Shown here piece by piece: positions 41,922 through 51,499 of a DNA stretch of 64,000 nucleotides. Positions within the stretch are counted from its first letter, which is position 1. Every line of letters starts with the position of its first letter. Below the pieces are notes generated by a model. It was not told where the DNA came from and did not search any database. It saw nothing but the letters and a program-made list of their open reading frames with translations. The DNA comes from an uncultured archaeon (GTDB lineage Archaea; Aenigmatarchaeota; Aenigmatarchaeia; PWEA01; JAGHBM01): NCBI GenBank assembly GCA_964584335.1, contig CAZOZN010000002.1:194974-258973 (forward strand), given 5' to 3'. Made by a program: the position numbers and the translations under genes.

Positions 41922-43055
41922 TTAATAGAATAAATATACGACTAGACCGCTCAACAGCTTAGGGTCGAACCATGTTGATTTCGGAGGCATGTCTCTGCCG
42001 GCATCAGCTACTTTTTCAACTTCCCTTACGCTGGTTGGAAATAAACTGAATACAAGGTCATTTCCTTCTTCCACGTATTTTTCCCATCTCTGCTTTCCAC
42101 CTTCAAAGAATATATTGGGATCTTTTCTTGGGTTTTCTATTCCCAGTATCGGTCCCAGTATTTTGTTCTGTAGAATGGATGCATCCAAACTCTTTACAGA
42201 ATCTTCAGGCACCTCTTTCGTCACTAACTTGTACCATTTATCGTGATACATGCATATTGTTCTTTTTTCCGGTATTCCACCCTCCACGACTTCAAAATTT
42301 TCTTTTATTTTTTCCATAAAATCTTCAAAAGGAATAGGAAGCTTTTTTATTACCCTGTTATAAGGAAGAACACGCACTTCGTCGTCGTTTGCCACATAAG
42401 CCATCAAGTAGTTCCAGGGTCCCTCTTCTTTTGATTTCATATATTCATATGCTGAAGCTATCCTATGATGACCGTCAGCTATGTAAAGATTAACAGGTTC
42501 CAATATTTTTTTTATTTCTTCTTCAATTTCTTTGGGTATTTTCCATAGTTTGTTTTTCCAACCGTATTTTTCAAAGGCTTTAAATGGCTCTGTTTTCTCT
42601 GTTTCGTCAAAAACTTTTTTCAAATCTTCATTTGATTTTACTGTCAGCCAAACCAATCCTGTTTGCGCTTCCGTATTTTTTATATGTTTTATTCTGTCTC
42701 TTAGTGGTTTTTCTCTTGTCTTTTCGTGTATCTTTATATTACCATTCCCGTAATCTTCTAAATCAAACCCGCCAACCAGTCCTCTTTGGGTCCATTCTCC
42801 GTTGCTCTGTTTGTACAGATAGAAAGAAGGAGATTGTTCTTCTAAGATGTTTTCTTTTACCATTCTATCGAGTTCTTTTTTTGCATTTTCATACCTTTCT
42901 TCATCCTCTCCTTTAGGTAATATTACATGAATAAAGCTATTAGGCTCTTTTCTAATTTCTTCAAGTTCCCTTTCTCCTATAACATCATATGGATTTGTAG
43001 TAAATTTTTCCGGTTCTTTCGGGATAAATAGTCGTATAGGCTTTGATTTTACCAT
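41922..43055 (-). CDS. DUF1015 family protein
   Basis: PYDV, HEKT, YIADGHHR, MPPKSTWFDPKL. Confidence 0.88.
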   Translation of the reverse strand: MVKSKPIRLFIPKEPEKFTTNPYDVIGERELEEIRKEPNSFIHVILPKGEDEERYENAKKELDRMVKENILEEQSPSFYLYKQSNGEWTQRGLVGGFDLEDYGNGNIKIHEKTREKPLRDRIKHIKNTEAQTGLVWLTVKSNEDLKKVFDETEKTEPFKAFEKYGWKNKLWKIPKEIEEEIKKILEPVNLYIADGHHRIASAYEYMKSKEEGPWNYLMAYVANDDEVRVLPYNRVIKKLPIPFEDFMEKIKENFEVVEGGIPEKRTICMYHDKWYKLVTKEVPEDSVKSLDASILQNKILGPILGIENPRKDPNIFFEGGKQRWEKYVEEGNDLVFSLFPTSVREVEKVADAGRDMPPKSTWFDPKLLSGLVVYLFY

Positions 43056-43137
43056 AAAACTTATTTTCGACCCAAAGTTTATAAACTTTACCTGAAAGAC
43101 ACCTCATTATAAATAGTAGGTCCACAAAATTTTGTGT

Positions 43138-44415
43138 ATGAATTTAAAGTTTTTGGGAGGTGCAATGGAAGTTGGCAGGTCGGGAGTTCTTTTAGACACA
43201 GGAAGCGAGAAAATATTGATGGATTACGGGATAAAGATAGTAAGCCAGGCAGAAGGGCCTCTCCAGTCGCCTAAAATACCAATTGCTACCAACCTTAAAT
43301 TAGATGCGATGTTACTTTCTCATGCCCATTTGGATCACTCCGGTTTTGTTCCCAACCTTTATAACAGGGGATATAGAGGCCCTACTTATTCCACTGCCAC
43401 TACTTTTGATTTGGCAAAGGTTTTGCTTAATGACAGCATAAAACTAGCGGATTTGAGAAACCAGGAGAAGTATTTCTTTAAAAAAGACCTTAAGAAAATG
43501 GAGAAAAATGAGTACAGAATAACTCATGGCCAGCAGTTTTACATAGGAAAAACCTCTGTTGGTGTTTACGATGCCGGGCATATACCGGGGTCTGTTTCTT
43601 TCCACTTAAACACAGGCAAAAAGTCTATAGTTTATTCAGGTGATATAAAGAGCAGGGATACCGAGCTTTTGAGGGGTCTTGAGAAAATAAGAGAAAATAC
43701 AGACATTTTGATTATGGAATCTACTTACGCACAGAGAGACCATCCCGACAGGGAGGTTCAGGAAAAGAGGCTAACCGATGCGGTAAGAGAGACTCTTGAC
43801 AAAGGCGGAACAGCTATGATACCTTGTTTTGCTGTAGGCAGGGCTCAAGAGGTGCTTTTAATACTGCAGAAGTATGGCCTAGACAAGTATCCGATATACC
43901 TTGACGGCATGTCTGTGGCAGCCACCGAAATAATTTTAAGATACCCCGAGCTCATAAACCAGCCCAAGAAGCTTAAAAAAATATATAGTACGATTACTAA
44001 AGTTCACAACAACAGGCAAAGAAGCGCTATAACTAAAAAACCCTGCATAATAGTTACTACATCCGGAATGCTTAACGGAGGGCCGATTGCATACTACCTC
44101 GGCAAGCTTTATAATAGGAAAGATTGTTCTTTAACTTTGACTGGTTTCCAGGTACCCGGGTCTGCTGGACACGGGCTGTTAGAGACGGGAAATTATGTAA
44201 CTGATGATAAATCATTTAAGGTAAAATGCAATATAGATTTTATAGATTTGAGCGCACATTCAGGTAGAAAGGAACTATTTGAATATGTCCAGATGATAGA
44301 CCCGGAAAAGGTTTTCGTTATACATGGAGATTCCTGTGACAGGTTCGCAAGGGAACTCGCTGAGAAAGGTTATGATGCATACGCGCCAGAGAGAGGCGAA
44401 AAATGCGATTTATGA
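43138..44415 (+). CDS. Beta-CASP metallo-beta-lactamase ribonuclease (aCPSF2-like, no KH domains)
   Basis: EVGRS, HAHLDHSG, AGHIPGS, ESTY, SAHSG, VIHGD. Confidence 0.92.
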   Translation: MNLKFLGGAMEVGRSGVLLDTGSEKILMDYGIKIVSQAEGPLQSPKIPIATNLKLDAMLLSHAHLDHSGFVPNLYNRGYRGPTYSTATTFDLAKVLLNDSIKLADLRNQEKYFFKKDLKKMEKNEYRITHGQQFYIGKTSVGVYDAGHIPGSVSFHLNTGKKSIVYSGDIKSRDTELLRGLEKIRENTDILIMESTYAQRDHPDREVQEKRLTDAVRETLDKGGTAMIPCFAVGRAQEVLLILQKYGLDKYPIYLDGMSVAATEIILRYPELINQPKKLKKIYSTITKVHNNRQRSAITKKPCIIVTTSGMLNGGPIAYYLGKLYNRKDCSLTLTGFQVPGSAGHGLLETGNYVTDDKSFKVKCNIDFIDLSAHSGRKELFEYVQMIDPEKVFVIHGDSCDRFARELAEKGYDAYAPERGEKCDL

Positions 44416-44425
44416 TGGTGTTTTT

Positions 44426-45439
44426 TTGATTGAAGTGGATGGTTCTTACTTGGAAGGAGGAGGCCAGATTTTGAGGACATCTGTTGCACTTTCTTCTGTT
44501 ACTGGAAAACCTTTCAAAATTTACAATATAAGGAAAGGCAGAGACAGGTCCGGACTAAAACACCAGCACTTAAAAGCCATAGAACTCGTTTCTAAAATAT
44601 CAAGAGCTAAAGTTAAAGGAGCTTCAATAGGTTCAAGCAATGTGGAATTCTTTCCCGGTTCTTTGAAAGGCGGTAAGTATAAAGTTGATATAGGAACTGC
44701 AGGTTCTATAACACTATTGTTGCATGCTGTAATACCACCATGCCTTTATTTGGGTGAAAATGTTGACATAGAGCTTGTAGGAGGCACCAATGTTCCCTGG
44801 TCTCCGACAACTGACTTTTTTCGTCATGTTTTCTGTAATTTCCTTGACAGAATGGGTGTTTTTATAAGAGTTGATGTCAAGAAACATGGATTTTATCCTA
44901 GAGGTGGAGGAAAAATAAGAGTTCTTATGGAACCGCGCAAAAGACTTAAAAAACTAAATCTTACTGAAAGAGGCAAGTTCAAAAGAATAGACGTATGGTC
45001 TATATCTTCCAAAGATTTAAAGGACAGAAAAGTTTCTGAAAGACAGTTAAGTTCTTTTAAGGAAAAGCTTAAAATGGAAGGTCACGAACACGCGGTTTAC
45101 ACCGATACTTTGTCTACCGGTACTTCCATACATGCTCATGCACATTATACGAAAACCAAGCTGGGTGCCGATGTCCTAGGTCAAAAAGGCATACCAGCAG
45201 AAAAAATAGGTTCTGACTGTGCTGAAGTATTAAAGAAGCAAATGGAAAGCGGTGCATGTCTTGATGAGTGGATGGCTGATCAGATACTTCCTTATATGGC
45301 TATTTCAGGTGGTGGAAAGGTTTCTGTCGCGGAAGTAACAGAACACTCTAAGTCAAACATGTGGGTAATAGAAAAATTCCTTCCAGTCAAATTTAAAATA
45401 AGGAAAAACATCATAAGTTGCTATAAAGATAAAAAATAA
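44426..45439 (+). CDS. rtcA: RNA 3'-terminal phosphate cyclase
   Basis: DGSYLEGGGQILR, GFYPRGGG, ADQILP, catalytic His in TEH; TTG start after GGTG. Confidence 0.93.
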   Translation: MIEVDGSYLEGGGQILRTSVALSSVTGKPFKIYNIRKGRDRSGLKHQHLKAIELVSKISRAKVKGASIGSSNVEFFPGSLKGGKYKVDIGTAGSITLLLHAVIPPCLYLGENVDIELVGGTNVPWSPTTDFFRHVFCNFLDRMGVFIRVDVKKHGFYPRGGGKIRVLMEPRKRLKKLNLTERGKFKRIDVWSISSKDLKDRKVSERQLSSFKEKLKMEGHEHAVYTDTLSTGTSIHAHAHYTKTKLGADVLGQKGIPAEKIGSDCAEVLKKQMESGACLDEWMADQILPYMAISGGGKVSVAEVTEHSKSNMWVIEKFLPVKFKIRKNIISCYKDKK

Positions 45440-45448
45440 GGGAATTTT

Positions 45449-45865
45449 TTATTTCAGTTTTATTTTCTTTCCCTTCATCTTCTTTTTTTCTTTCTTAGGA
45501 AGATTTACTTTAAGAACGCCGTCCTTCATCTCGGCTTCTATGTTTTCTTCGTCCACTTCTACTGGCAAAGTAAGTTCTCTGTAAAACTTACCACATCTTC
45601 TTTCCTGCCTGAAGTAGTTCTTCTTTTCTTCGACTTCTTCTTTGTTTTTTTCGGCTTCTATAATTATTCTGTTATCCATGATTCTCAGTGAAACGTCTTT
45701 CTTGTCAAATCCAGGCAGATTAGCTTTTATTATTATTTCTTCATCATTTTCCGACATATCTGTCGGTATTCCTGAAAAATATCCCCCTGAAACTTTTTCT
45801 ATTTCGTTCCATGGTTCCCAGTCTTCATCTTCCCAGAAAAATCTGAATGGCCTTCTCCTTCTCAT
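45449..45865 (-). CDS. hsp20: Small heat-shock protein Hsp20
   Basis: ANLPG, ERRCGKFYR, DGVLKVNLPK alpha-crystallin motifs; GGTGAT SD. Confidence 0.94.
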   Translation of the reverse strand: MRRRRPFRFFWEDEDWEPWNEIEKVSGGYFSGIPTDMSENDEEIIIKANLPGFDKKDVSLRIMDNRIIIEAEKNKEEVEEKKNYFRQERRCGKFYRELTLPVEVDEENIEAEMKDGVLKVNLPKKEKKKMKGKKIKLK

Positions 45866-45876
45866 TTTATCACCAC

Positions 45877-45903
45877 CTTTTTAGTTTACTTAAACACTAA
45901 AAA
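45877..45903. promoter_or_regulatory. Near-palindromic putative operator, copy 2 (minus strand TTTTTAGTGTTTAAGTAAACTAAAAAG)
   Basis: Between a TTTAAATA box and the hsp20 SD; 24/27 identical to 35404-35430. Confidence 0.7.
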
Positions 45904-45941
45904 TATACAGGTTCAATTATTTAAAATTAACCCAGAAATAA

Positions 45942-46592
45942 TCATATGCTTTCAAGCGCTTTCTTTATAGCATTCTTCGCGTAAATGTTTCTTTTTGATG
46001 CCGGTGCTCCATGGCCCGGTAATAGTATTTCTATTTCACCGAGTTTTTTTATTTTACCCAAAGATTTTTTGAGTTCATTTTCTTTTCCTCCGGGCAGATC
46101 TGTTCTTCCTATGCCATCGAGGAATAAAGTATCACCGCTTATCAGTATTTTGTTGTTTTCGTCCCATAAACATACCCCACCCGATGTATGTCCCGGAGTA
46201 TGAATGACCTCAAAAGAGTAGCTGCCTGTTTTTATAACATCACCTTCTTTTATTGTACTGTCCGCTTTTACTTTTTCATAATCTATTTCGAAATCCTCGG
46301 CCATAGTATCCTTACCTGTCTCTAAACCCTCTTTATCTTTTTCATGTACGAGTATTTTTGCCCCTGTAAGTTTCTTCCATTTTTTTGCAGCGCCACAGTG
46401 GTCAAAATGTGAGTGTGTTATTATTATTTTGCTTATTTTCTTTGGATTTACTCCATATTCCTTTAGTTGTTCTATAGTCTCCTCAAAAAACAAACCGCTA
46501 CCACAGTCTATCAATATGTCATTGTTTATGCAGAATACGTTTGAGTCAAATTCTGCACCGTCTACCAGGAATATGTCCTCGCTCAGTTTCAT
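45942..46592 (-). CDS. MBL-fold metallo-hydrolase (glyoxalase II-like)
   Basis: THSHFDHCG, TPGHT, SGDTLF, PGHG. Confidence 0.9.
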   Translation of the reverse strand: MKLSEDIFLVDGAEFDSNVFCINNDILIDCGSGLFFEETIEQLKEYGVNPKKISKIIITHSHFDHCGAAKKWKKLTGAKILVHEKDKEGLETGKDTMAEDFEIDYEKVKADSTIKEGDVIKTGSYSFEVIHTPGHTSGGVCLWDENNKILISGDTLFLDGIGRTDLPGGKENELKKSLGKIKKLGEIEILLPGHGAPASKRNIYAKNAIKKALESI

Positions 46593-46660
46593 TTTCTCAC
46601 CAATCTAAAGAAGAATTCGTAAATTTAAATAAATTTATCTATTTGGAGATACAGTTTAGT

Positions 46661-47533
46661 CTATTCAATTTTTTCGTAGAGCTTTTCATATGCTTTTAGT
46701 ACGGAAACCACGACTTCTTTTATCTCTTTTTCATGGTTTTTGGCACCAGGCCTTACATCTTTCAGCTGCTTTAAAACTTTATCACATTCTTTCTCGACAT
46801 TTTTTGATAATTTGAAAGGTTTCTTTATTTTTTCTTTGTACTTTGCTGATTTCATCTCTAAGGGAATCCACATGTTGTGATAGCCTATAAATATTATCAT
46901 TAGGTTTGCCAGGTTTTTTCTGCTTGTTTTTATTTTTTTATTGTTTTCGAATGACAACAACTTCTTTTCTTCATATATTTCTTCTTCAAACCCGTTCTCT
47001 ATAAGAATAGTATCAACTATAAGGTCTTTCATGCATAGTATGCAAAAGGTGACCAGTTTTATTATGTCTGATAGGACTTCTTCGTAATTCTCGCCTATTC
47101 TTTCGAGAGTTTTTATTATTAAAGGCCATTGTTTTTTTCCAACTTCTGATATTCTTGGTTCTATGCCGTTTGATTTTACAACTGTGTGCATGTATTCGTG
47201 AGCTATCAACCCCTTTGCGTATTTTCTGTTTTTTATGAATTTGTCTTTTATGTTTATCATTATCTTTACTTTCTTTTTTTCTGTTATAGAAAATGATGAA
47301 ACGCTTTCTGAAAGCCAGAACTCCATCTTATCGTATCTTCTTCCATGGTACATCTTTTCAGGGTTTGCTATCTTTAGGAATGCTTTTTTGGGATTTTCAG
47401 TAAAAAGGAAAAAAACCTCGTCAAATTTATTTTTTCCTATTTTTTTTACTATTTCGTCAACAATGGGATATAACAGTTCCTTTACAAATTTTTTTCTGCT
47501 ATCGGTTTTTTTTATTAGTTTCATAAAAATCAT
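46661..47533 (-). CDS. Hypothetical protein with HEXXH motif (putative zincin)
   Basis: GLIAHEYMH; start overlaps the porA stop. Confidence 0.65.
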   Translation of the reverse strand: MIFMKLIKKTDSRKKFVKELLYPIVDEIVKKIGKNKFDEVFFLFTENPKKAFLKIANPEKMYHGRRYDKMEFWLSESVSSFSITEKKKVKIMINIKDKFIKNRKYAKGLIAHEYMHTVVKSNGIEPRISEVGKKQWPLIIKTLERIGENYEEVLSDIIKLVTFCILCMKDLIVDTILIENGFEEEIYEEKKLLSFENNKKIKTSRKNLANLMIIFIGYHNMWIPLEMKSAKYKEKIKKPFKLSKNVEKECDKVLKQLKDVRPGAKNHEKEIKEVVVSVLKAYEKLYEKIE

Positions 47534-48675
47534 TAAAGAATCCAGTATTTCTTCGGTTTTTTTGTTCTAACCGTCTTTTTGTATATGTCAGTAAAGTCCT
47601 TTAGTCCGGTGTGAGTTCCACCCAAACTCACTATGAAATCGGATACCACAGCATTATTATCGTAAAGTGCCGACTTTATCTCAGGAAAAACTATACCGCC
47701 GTATCCGGGTGCTATATTGTTGTCTATTACAGCTACTCTTTTAACATCATCCAAGGATTTTTTTATTTGTTCTTCAGGAAAAGGCCTGTAACTTCTCAAT
47801 CTAAGCAAACCCACTTTCTTTCCTTTTTTTCTTAAGTTGTTTACTGCTTCTTTTACTGTAGTCGATATTGCTCCGGTAGTTACAAAGGCGAACTTGGCGT
47901 CACTCATTTTATATTCTTCAACCAGTCCGTATTTTCTTCCAAATTTTTTCTCGAATTTTTTCCCAACTTTTTTTATTTTTTCGATAGCATTAAGTTGTGC
48001 TTTGTGTTGCTGTGCCCTAAATTTCATATAGTCCTTGCCCATTGCGGAAATTCCCTGGCACATTGGATTTTTTGGGTCCAAAACAACCTTGGGCCTGTAC
48101 CTTGGTATGAAATTTCTTACGTCAAATCTGTCCGGTATCTCCACAGGCTCTCTGGTGTAAGAATGTATAAATCCTTCCATGTTTACCAAAGCTGGAAGCA
48201 TCACTTCTTCATCTTCACATATTTTATAAGCCTGAATTATAGAATCTAAAACTTCCTGGTTGTTTTGAGAAAAGAATATCAACCATCCAGTATCTCTCAT
48301 TGCAAGTATATCGTTTTGATCTGTCCACAGGGTAACGGGCGCAGACAGACCGCGCGATACATTTACCATTACAATTGGTAATCTCATACCGGATGCTATG
48401 TACATAACCTCGTGCATATAGAGAGTGCCCTGGGAACTTGATGCGGTAAAAGTTCTTAATCCAGATGCTTCTGAGCCTATGCATGCAGACATTACAGAAT
48501 GCTCCCCGTCAACATCTACAAATTCTCCTCTCCATTTACCGTCTACTTTCCATTTGGCCAGTTTTTCTATAAGTTCGGTTTGTGGTGTTATTGGAAAGTT
48601 AGGGACAACTTTTACGTCAGAAAGCCTTACTCCCCATGCAGCAGCCGTGTTACCGTCCATCAAGGTCTTTTTCAT
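47533..48675 (-). CDS. porA: Pyruvate/2-oxoacid:ferredoxin oxidoreductase alpha subunit
   Basis: GNTAAA, FPITPQT, EH, TASSSQG, RPFP. Confidence 0.93.
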   Translation of the reverse strand: MKKTLMDGNTAAAWGVRLSDVKVVPNFPITPQTELIEKLAKWKVDGKWRGEFVDVDGEHSVMSACIGSEASGLRTFTASSSQGTLYMHEVMYIASGMRLPIVMVNVSRGLSAPVTLWTDQNDILAMRDTGWLIFFSQNNQEVLDSIIQAYKICEDEEVMLPALVNMEGFIHSYTREPVEIPDRFDVRNFIPRYRPKVVLDPKNPMCQGISAMGKDYMKFRAQQHKAQLNAIEKIKKVGKKFEKKFGRKYGLVEEYKMSDAKFAFVTTGAISTTVKEAVNNLRKKGKKVGLLRLRSYRPFPEEQIKKSLDDVKRVAVIDNNIAPGYGGIVFPEIKSALYDNNAVVSDFIVSLGGTHTGLKDFTDIYKKTVRTKKPKKYWIL

Positions 48676-48974
48676 TTACTCACCCCACTTTCATGAAAGT
48701 CCTTTTTCATTTCTATTGCATTTACTGGACAATTTTTTGAGCATATACCACAGCCTTTGCATATTTTATAATCAAAAACCGGTCTCCCTTTCTTATCAAT
48801 TTTTATTGCATTCTCGGGGCAAATCTTAAAACAAAGCTTGCATGATATGCATTTTTCATTCCTTACTGGTTTGTATACTCTCCAAGCCCCAGTGTTAATG
48901 GTTTTTGCTTCGTTTGCCTTTATTACGGGTATTCCTTTAACTCCTTTATATTTTATTTTGTGTTCTTCAATCAT
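48672..48974 (-). CDS. porD: POR delta subunit (2x[4Fe-4S])
   Basis: TGAWR..KP, CISCKLC...CP, CKGCGIC...CP. Confidence 0.93.
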   Translation of the reverse strand: MIEEHKIKYKGVKGIPVIKANEAKTINTGAWRVYKPVRNEKCISCKLCFKICPENAIKIDKKGRPVFDYKICKGCGICSKNCPVNAIEMKKDFHESGVSK

Positions 48975-48983
48975 GATATCGTC

Positions 48984-49529
48984 TCATATTTTTAGCTTAT
49001 TGTAACAGGTCTCTATTGCTTTTTTGTTTTTTTCTATAAGTTCTTCTTTGCCTTCTTCTTCCAATTCTTTTTTCATTGCATCGATTAGAGATTCTATGGT
49101 TATTTTTTTGAAAATTTTTACAAATGCTCCCAGTATAGCGGTATTCGGTATCGGAACCCCGATACAATCAATTGCTATTTTTGTTGCATCTATAGTATAG
49201 ACTTCTTGTTTCAATTTTGAAAAATAGCCCGGATATTTGTTGGTATTAATTAATAGAGTACCGTCTTTTTTTAATCCTTTTGTTACTTCTTCCATATCGA
49301 GGGTATCATCTATGCATATAACAAAATCTGGGTCGAAAATATAGTCTCTCTCAAGTATTTCTTTTTTGTCCATTCTCAAGAAAGAAGTCAGTGGAGCTCC
49401 CCTCCTTTCCGCTCCGTATACAGCAAAACTTTGTGTTTGATAACCCGAAAGAAAAGCAGCCCTGCCCAATATATGAGCAGCCAATTTTATTCCTTGCCCT
49501 CCCCTGCCGTGAAACCTAATTTTATACAT
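48984..49529 (-). CDS. porG: POR gamma subunit
   Basis: HGRGGQG, YGAERRGAP, NTAILGA. Confidence 0.94.
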   Translation of the reverse strand: MYKIRFHGRGGQGIKLAAHILGRAAFLSGYQTQSFAVYGAERRGAPLTSFLRMDKKEILERDYIFDPDFVICIDDTLDMEEVTKGLKKDGTLLINTNKYPGYFSKLKQEVYTIDATKIAIDCIGVPIPNTAILGAFVKIFKKITIESLIDAMKKELEEEGKEELIEKNKKAIETCYNKLKI

Positions 49530-50068
49530 TATCTACCCCTTCTATAGTTTCTTTGAGTGTAGTTGTTTTGTTTGTAGTCTGATGAATTTCCTTGGTTGTA
49601 GTACCTTCTTGTGACCCTGCTTATGGCTTTGTTTATTATATTTTCGACTTCTCTGGGTTTGTTTACTGAAAGCAGCCAGAATTGGGCTTCTCCCGTGTCT
49701 ATTTCTATATTTCCAATCCCAAGTATCCTATCGTGCCATTTATTGTCAAATAGTATCTTTTCAATCATCTGGTAAGGTATGTAGTCAGTTTTTTTGTTTA
49801 TTATACCTTCTTCCTTGATTATTCTGTTTTCAGTTATGCTATATTTTACCATCAGTCTCTTTATTTCTACCAATATAACAAAAAGTATGCTTAATCCAAT
49901 GAGCAAGTATGATAAGTAGTCAGCAAATGCTGCCAAAAAACCTATTTCTATTATACCAAACAGTAAAACACCGGTTAATGCTAAGAATAATATAGAAACA
50001 ATGTAATAATGTAGGAATGCCTTTCTTGATTTTTTACCTTTCCAAAAAATTCTTTCTTCTTTCATCAA
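49529..50068 (-). CDS. Membrane protein with bacterial PH (bPH_2-like) domain
   Basis: 2 TM segments then YSITENRII...GII...RILGIGNIEI. Confidence 0.75.
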   Translation of the reverse strand: MMKEERIFWKGKKSRKAFLHYYIVSILFLALTGVLLFGIIEIGFLAAFADYLSYLLIGLSILFVILVEIKRLMVKYSITENRIIKEEGIINKKTDYIPYQMIEKILFDNKWHDRILGIGNIEIDTGEAQFWLLSVNKPREVENIINKAISRVTRRYYNQGNSSDYKQNNYTQRNYRRGR

Positions 50069-50667
50069 TTCACCCTTATGTCAACAGCCCAGGTATTTTT
50101 TCTAGAACACATGACAGGATTTATATCCATCTCTTTTATACCTTCTTTCAACATCAAGTTAGATACTTTTTTTATTGTTTCACAAAGTCCTTCAATATCA
50201 TATTTCTTACCCCTGTAGCCCTTCAATATACGATATATCTTGCTTTCTTTAATCATATCCTTGGCTGCCTTTTTTGATACGGGACAAACCCTAAAACTTA
50301 TATCGTCGAGTATTTCTACGAATATACCACCAGTACCAAAACTAACACAGGGACCAAACTGGGAATCTTCTATACCCCCTATTATTGTTTCTATACCCTC
50401 CACTTGTTTTTGCAGCAACACGGAACCTTCTGATTTTTTCATAATCTTGTTGAAAGCATTTTTCAAATCTTTCCTATATAGGTCAGTCAATACGCCGCCC
50501 GCTTCGGTTTTATGGCTTATGTTTGGAGAAATTGTTTTAATTACTACAGGATAACCGACTTTTTCTGCAAAATCCAAAGCATCTTTTTGCCTTTTGGCAA
50601 CCAAGTACTTTGGTGTTTTTATTTTATATTTTCTTGCAAGCTTTATAGATTCTTCAGGGGGCATCAT
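50065..50667 (-). CDS. acdB: Acetate--CoA ligase (ADP-forming) beta subunit (ATP-grasp)
   Basis: GYPVVIK, HKTEAGGV, FGTGGIFVE, EMDINP. Confidence 0.92.
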   Translation of the reverse strand: MMPPEESIKLARKYKIKTPKYLVAKRQKDALDFAEKVGYPVVIKTISPNISHKTEAGGVLTDLYRKDLKNAFNKIMKKSEGSVLLQKQVEGIETIIGGIEDSQFGPCVSFGTGGIFVEILDDISFRVCPVSKKAAKDMIKESKIYRILKGYRGKKYDIEGLCETIKKVSNLMLKEGIKEMDINPVMCSRKNTWAVDIRVN

Positions 50668-50774
50668 GATTATAGTTAATAAAATAGTTTATATAATATT
50701 TTCTAAGGCATTCTGACATGTACAGAACATACCAAATTCTCATTATCGAATAAAATATGATAACACTAGACAAA

Positions 50775-51062
50775 TCAGTCTTCTTCCATTTCGTCAGGTT
50801 CTTTTATTGTCGGTGGAGTTATATGCTGTACTATTACTATGTCATCCACTGACTTAACCATTTGATAAGGTACAATAACTCCTCTCTTACTACCAACCAT
50901 TTCAGCCAAATAAGAGTTTCTGGCAGCTTCTATAACGAGAGATCTTACTCTGAATTTGTTTAAATTAACCTTTACATCTCCTACTCTTCCACAATAAGTT
51001 CCCTTAGTGGTAAAAACGTCTTTTCCAAACATTTCAGAAAGATTTTTCACATTTATTGGCAT
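50775..51062 (-). CDS. PRC-barrel domain protein (CdpB-like)
   Basis: GKDVFTTKGTYCGRVGDV...VPYQMVKSVDDIVIV. Confidence 0.85.
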   Translation of the reverse strand: MPINVKNLSEMFGKDVFTTKGTYCGRVGDVKVNLNKFRVRSLVIEAARNSYLAEMVGSKRGVIVPYQMVKSVDDIVIVQHITPPTIKEPDEMEED

Positions 51063-51171
51063 AACTCTACCCCCTTTTTAATATAATCGTTTACTTTTAA
51101 TATTTATAGCTCTTACATCTATTTAAATGTTAAAAGAATTTGGGAATTTTAGATTTTTTGGTTTTAAAGAG

Positions 51172-51259
51172 GCTGAGGTGGCCGAGTGGTTTAAGGCGCT
51201 GGCCTGCTAAGCTAGTGGGGCACGTCCCCGCGAGGGTTCGAATCCCTCCCTCAGCGCCA
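51172..51259 (+). tRNA. tRNA-Ser(GCT), no intron, CCA encoded
   Basis: Acceptor GCTGAGG/CCTCAGC, anticodon arm CTGGC-CTGCTAA-GCTAG, long variable arm, GGTTCGAATCC. Confidence 0.96.
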
Positions 51260-51306
51260 TTAAAATCTAATAAGCTTAAATACTAAGAATATAATAAAAA
51301 ATTGAC

Positions 51307-51438
51307 GGGCTGGTAGTCTAGTGGTTATGACGCTGCCCTTACAAACCTTTTACTCAGCGAAAAAGGTTTAATAAAATTGGCTGGATTAAAGTTTGTGAAA
51401 GGCAGAGGTCGGGAGTTCGACTCTCCCCCGGCCCACCA
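51307..51438 (+). tRNA. tRNA-Val(TAC) with ~56-nt intron at 37/38 (~51344-51399)
   Basis: Acceptor GGGCTGG/CCGGCCC-A-CCA, CTGCC-CTTACA[intron]A-GGCAG, T-arm GGGAG-TTCGACT-CTCCC. Confidence 0.92.
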
Positions 51439-51499
51439 CCAAGGAAATAAAACTATAAAAAGGTTGAAAGACCAAGAAGATAAATCAGGAAATGAAAAT

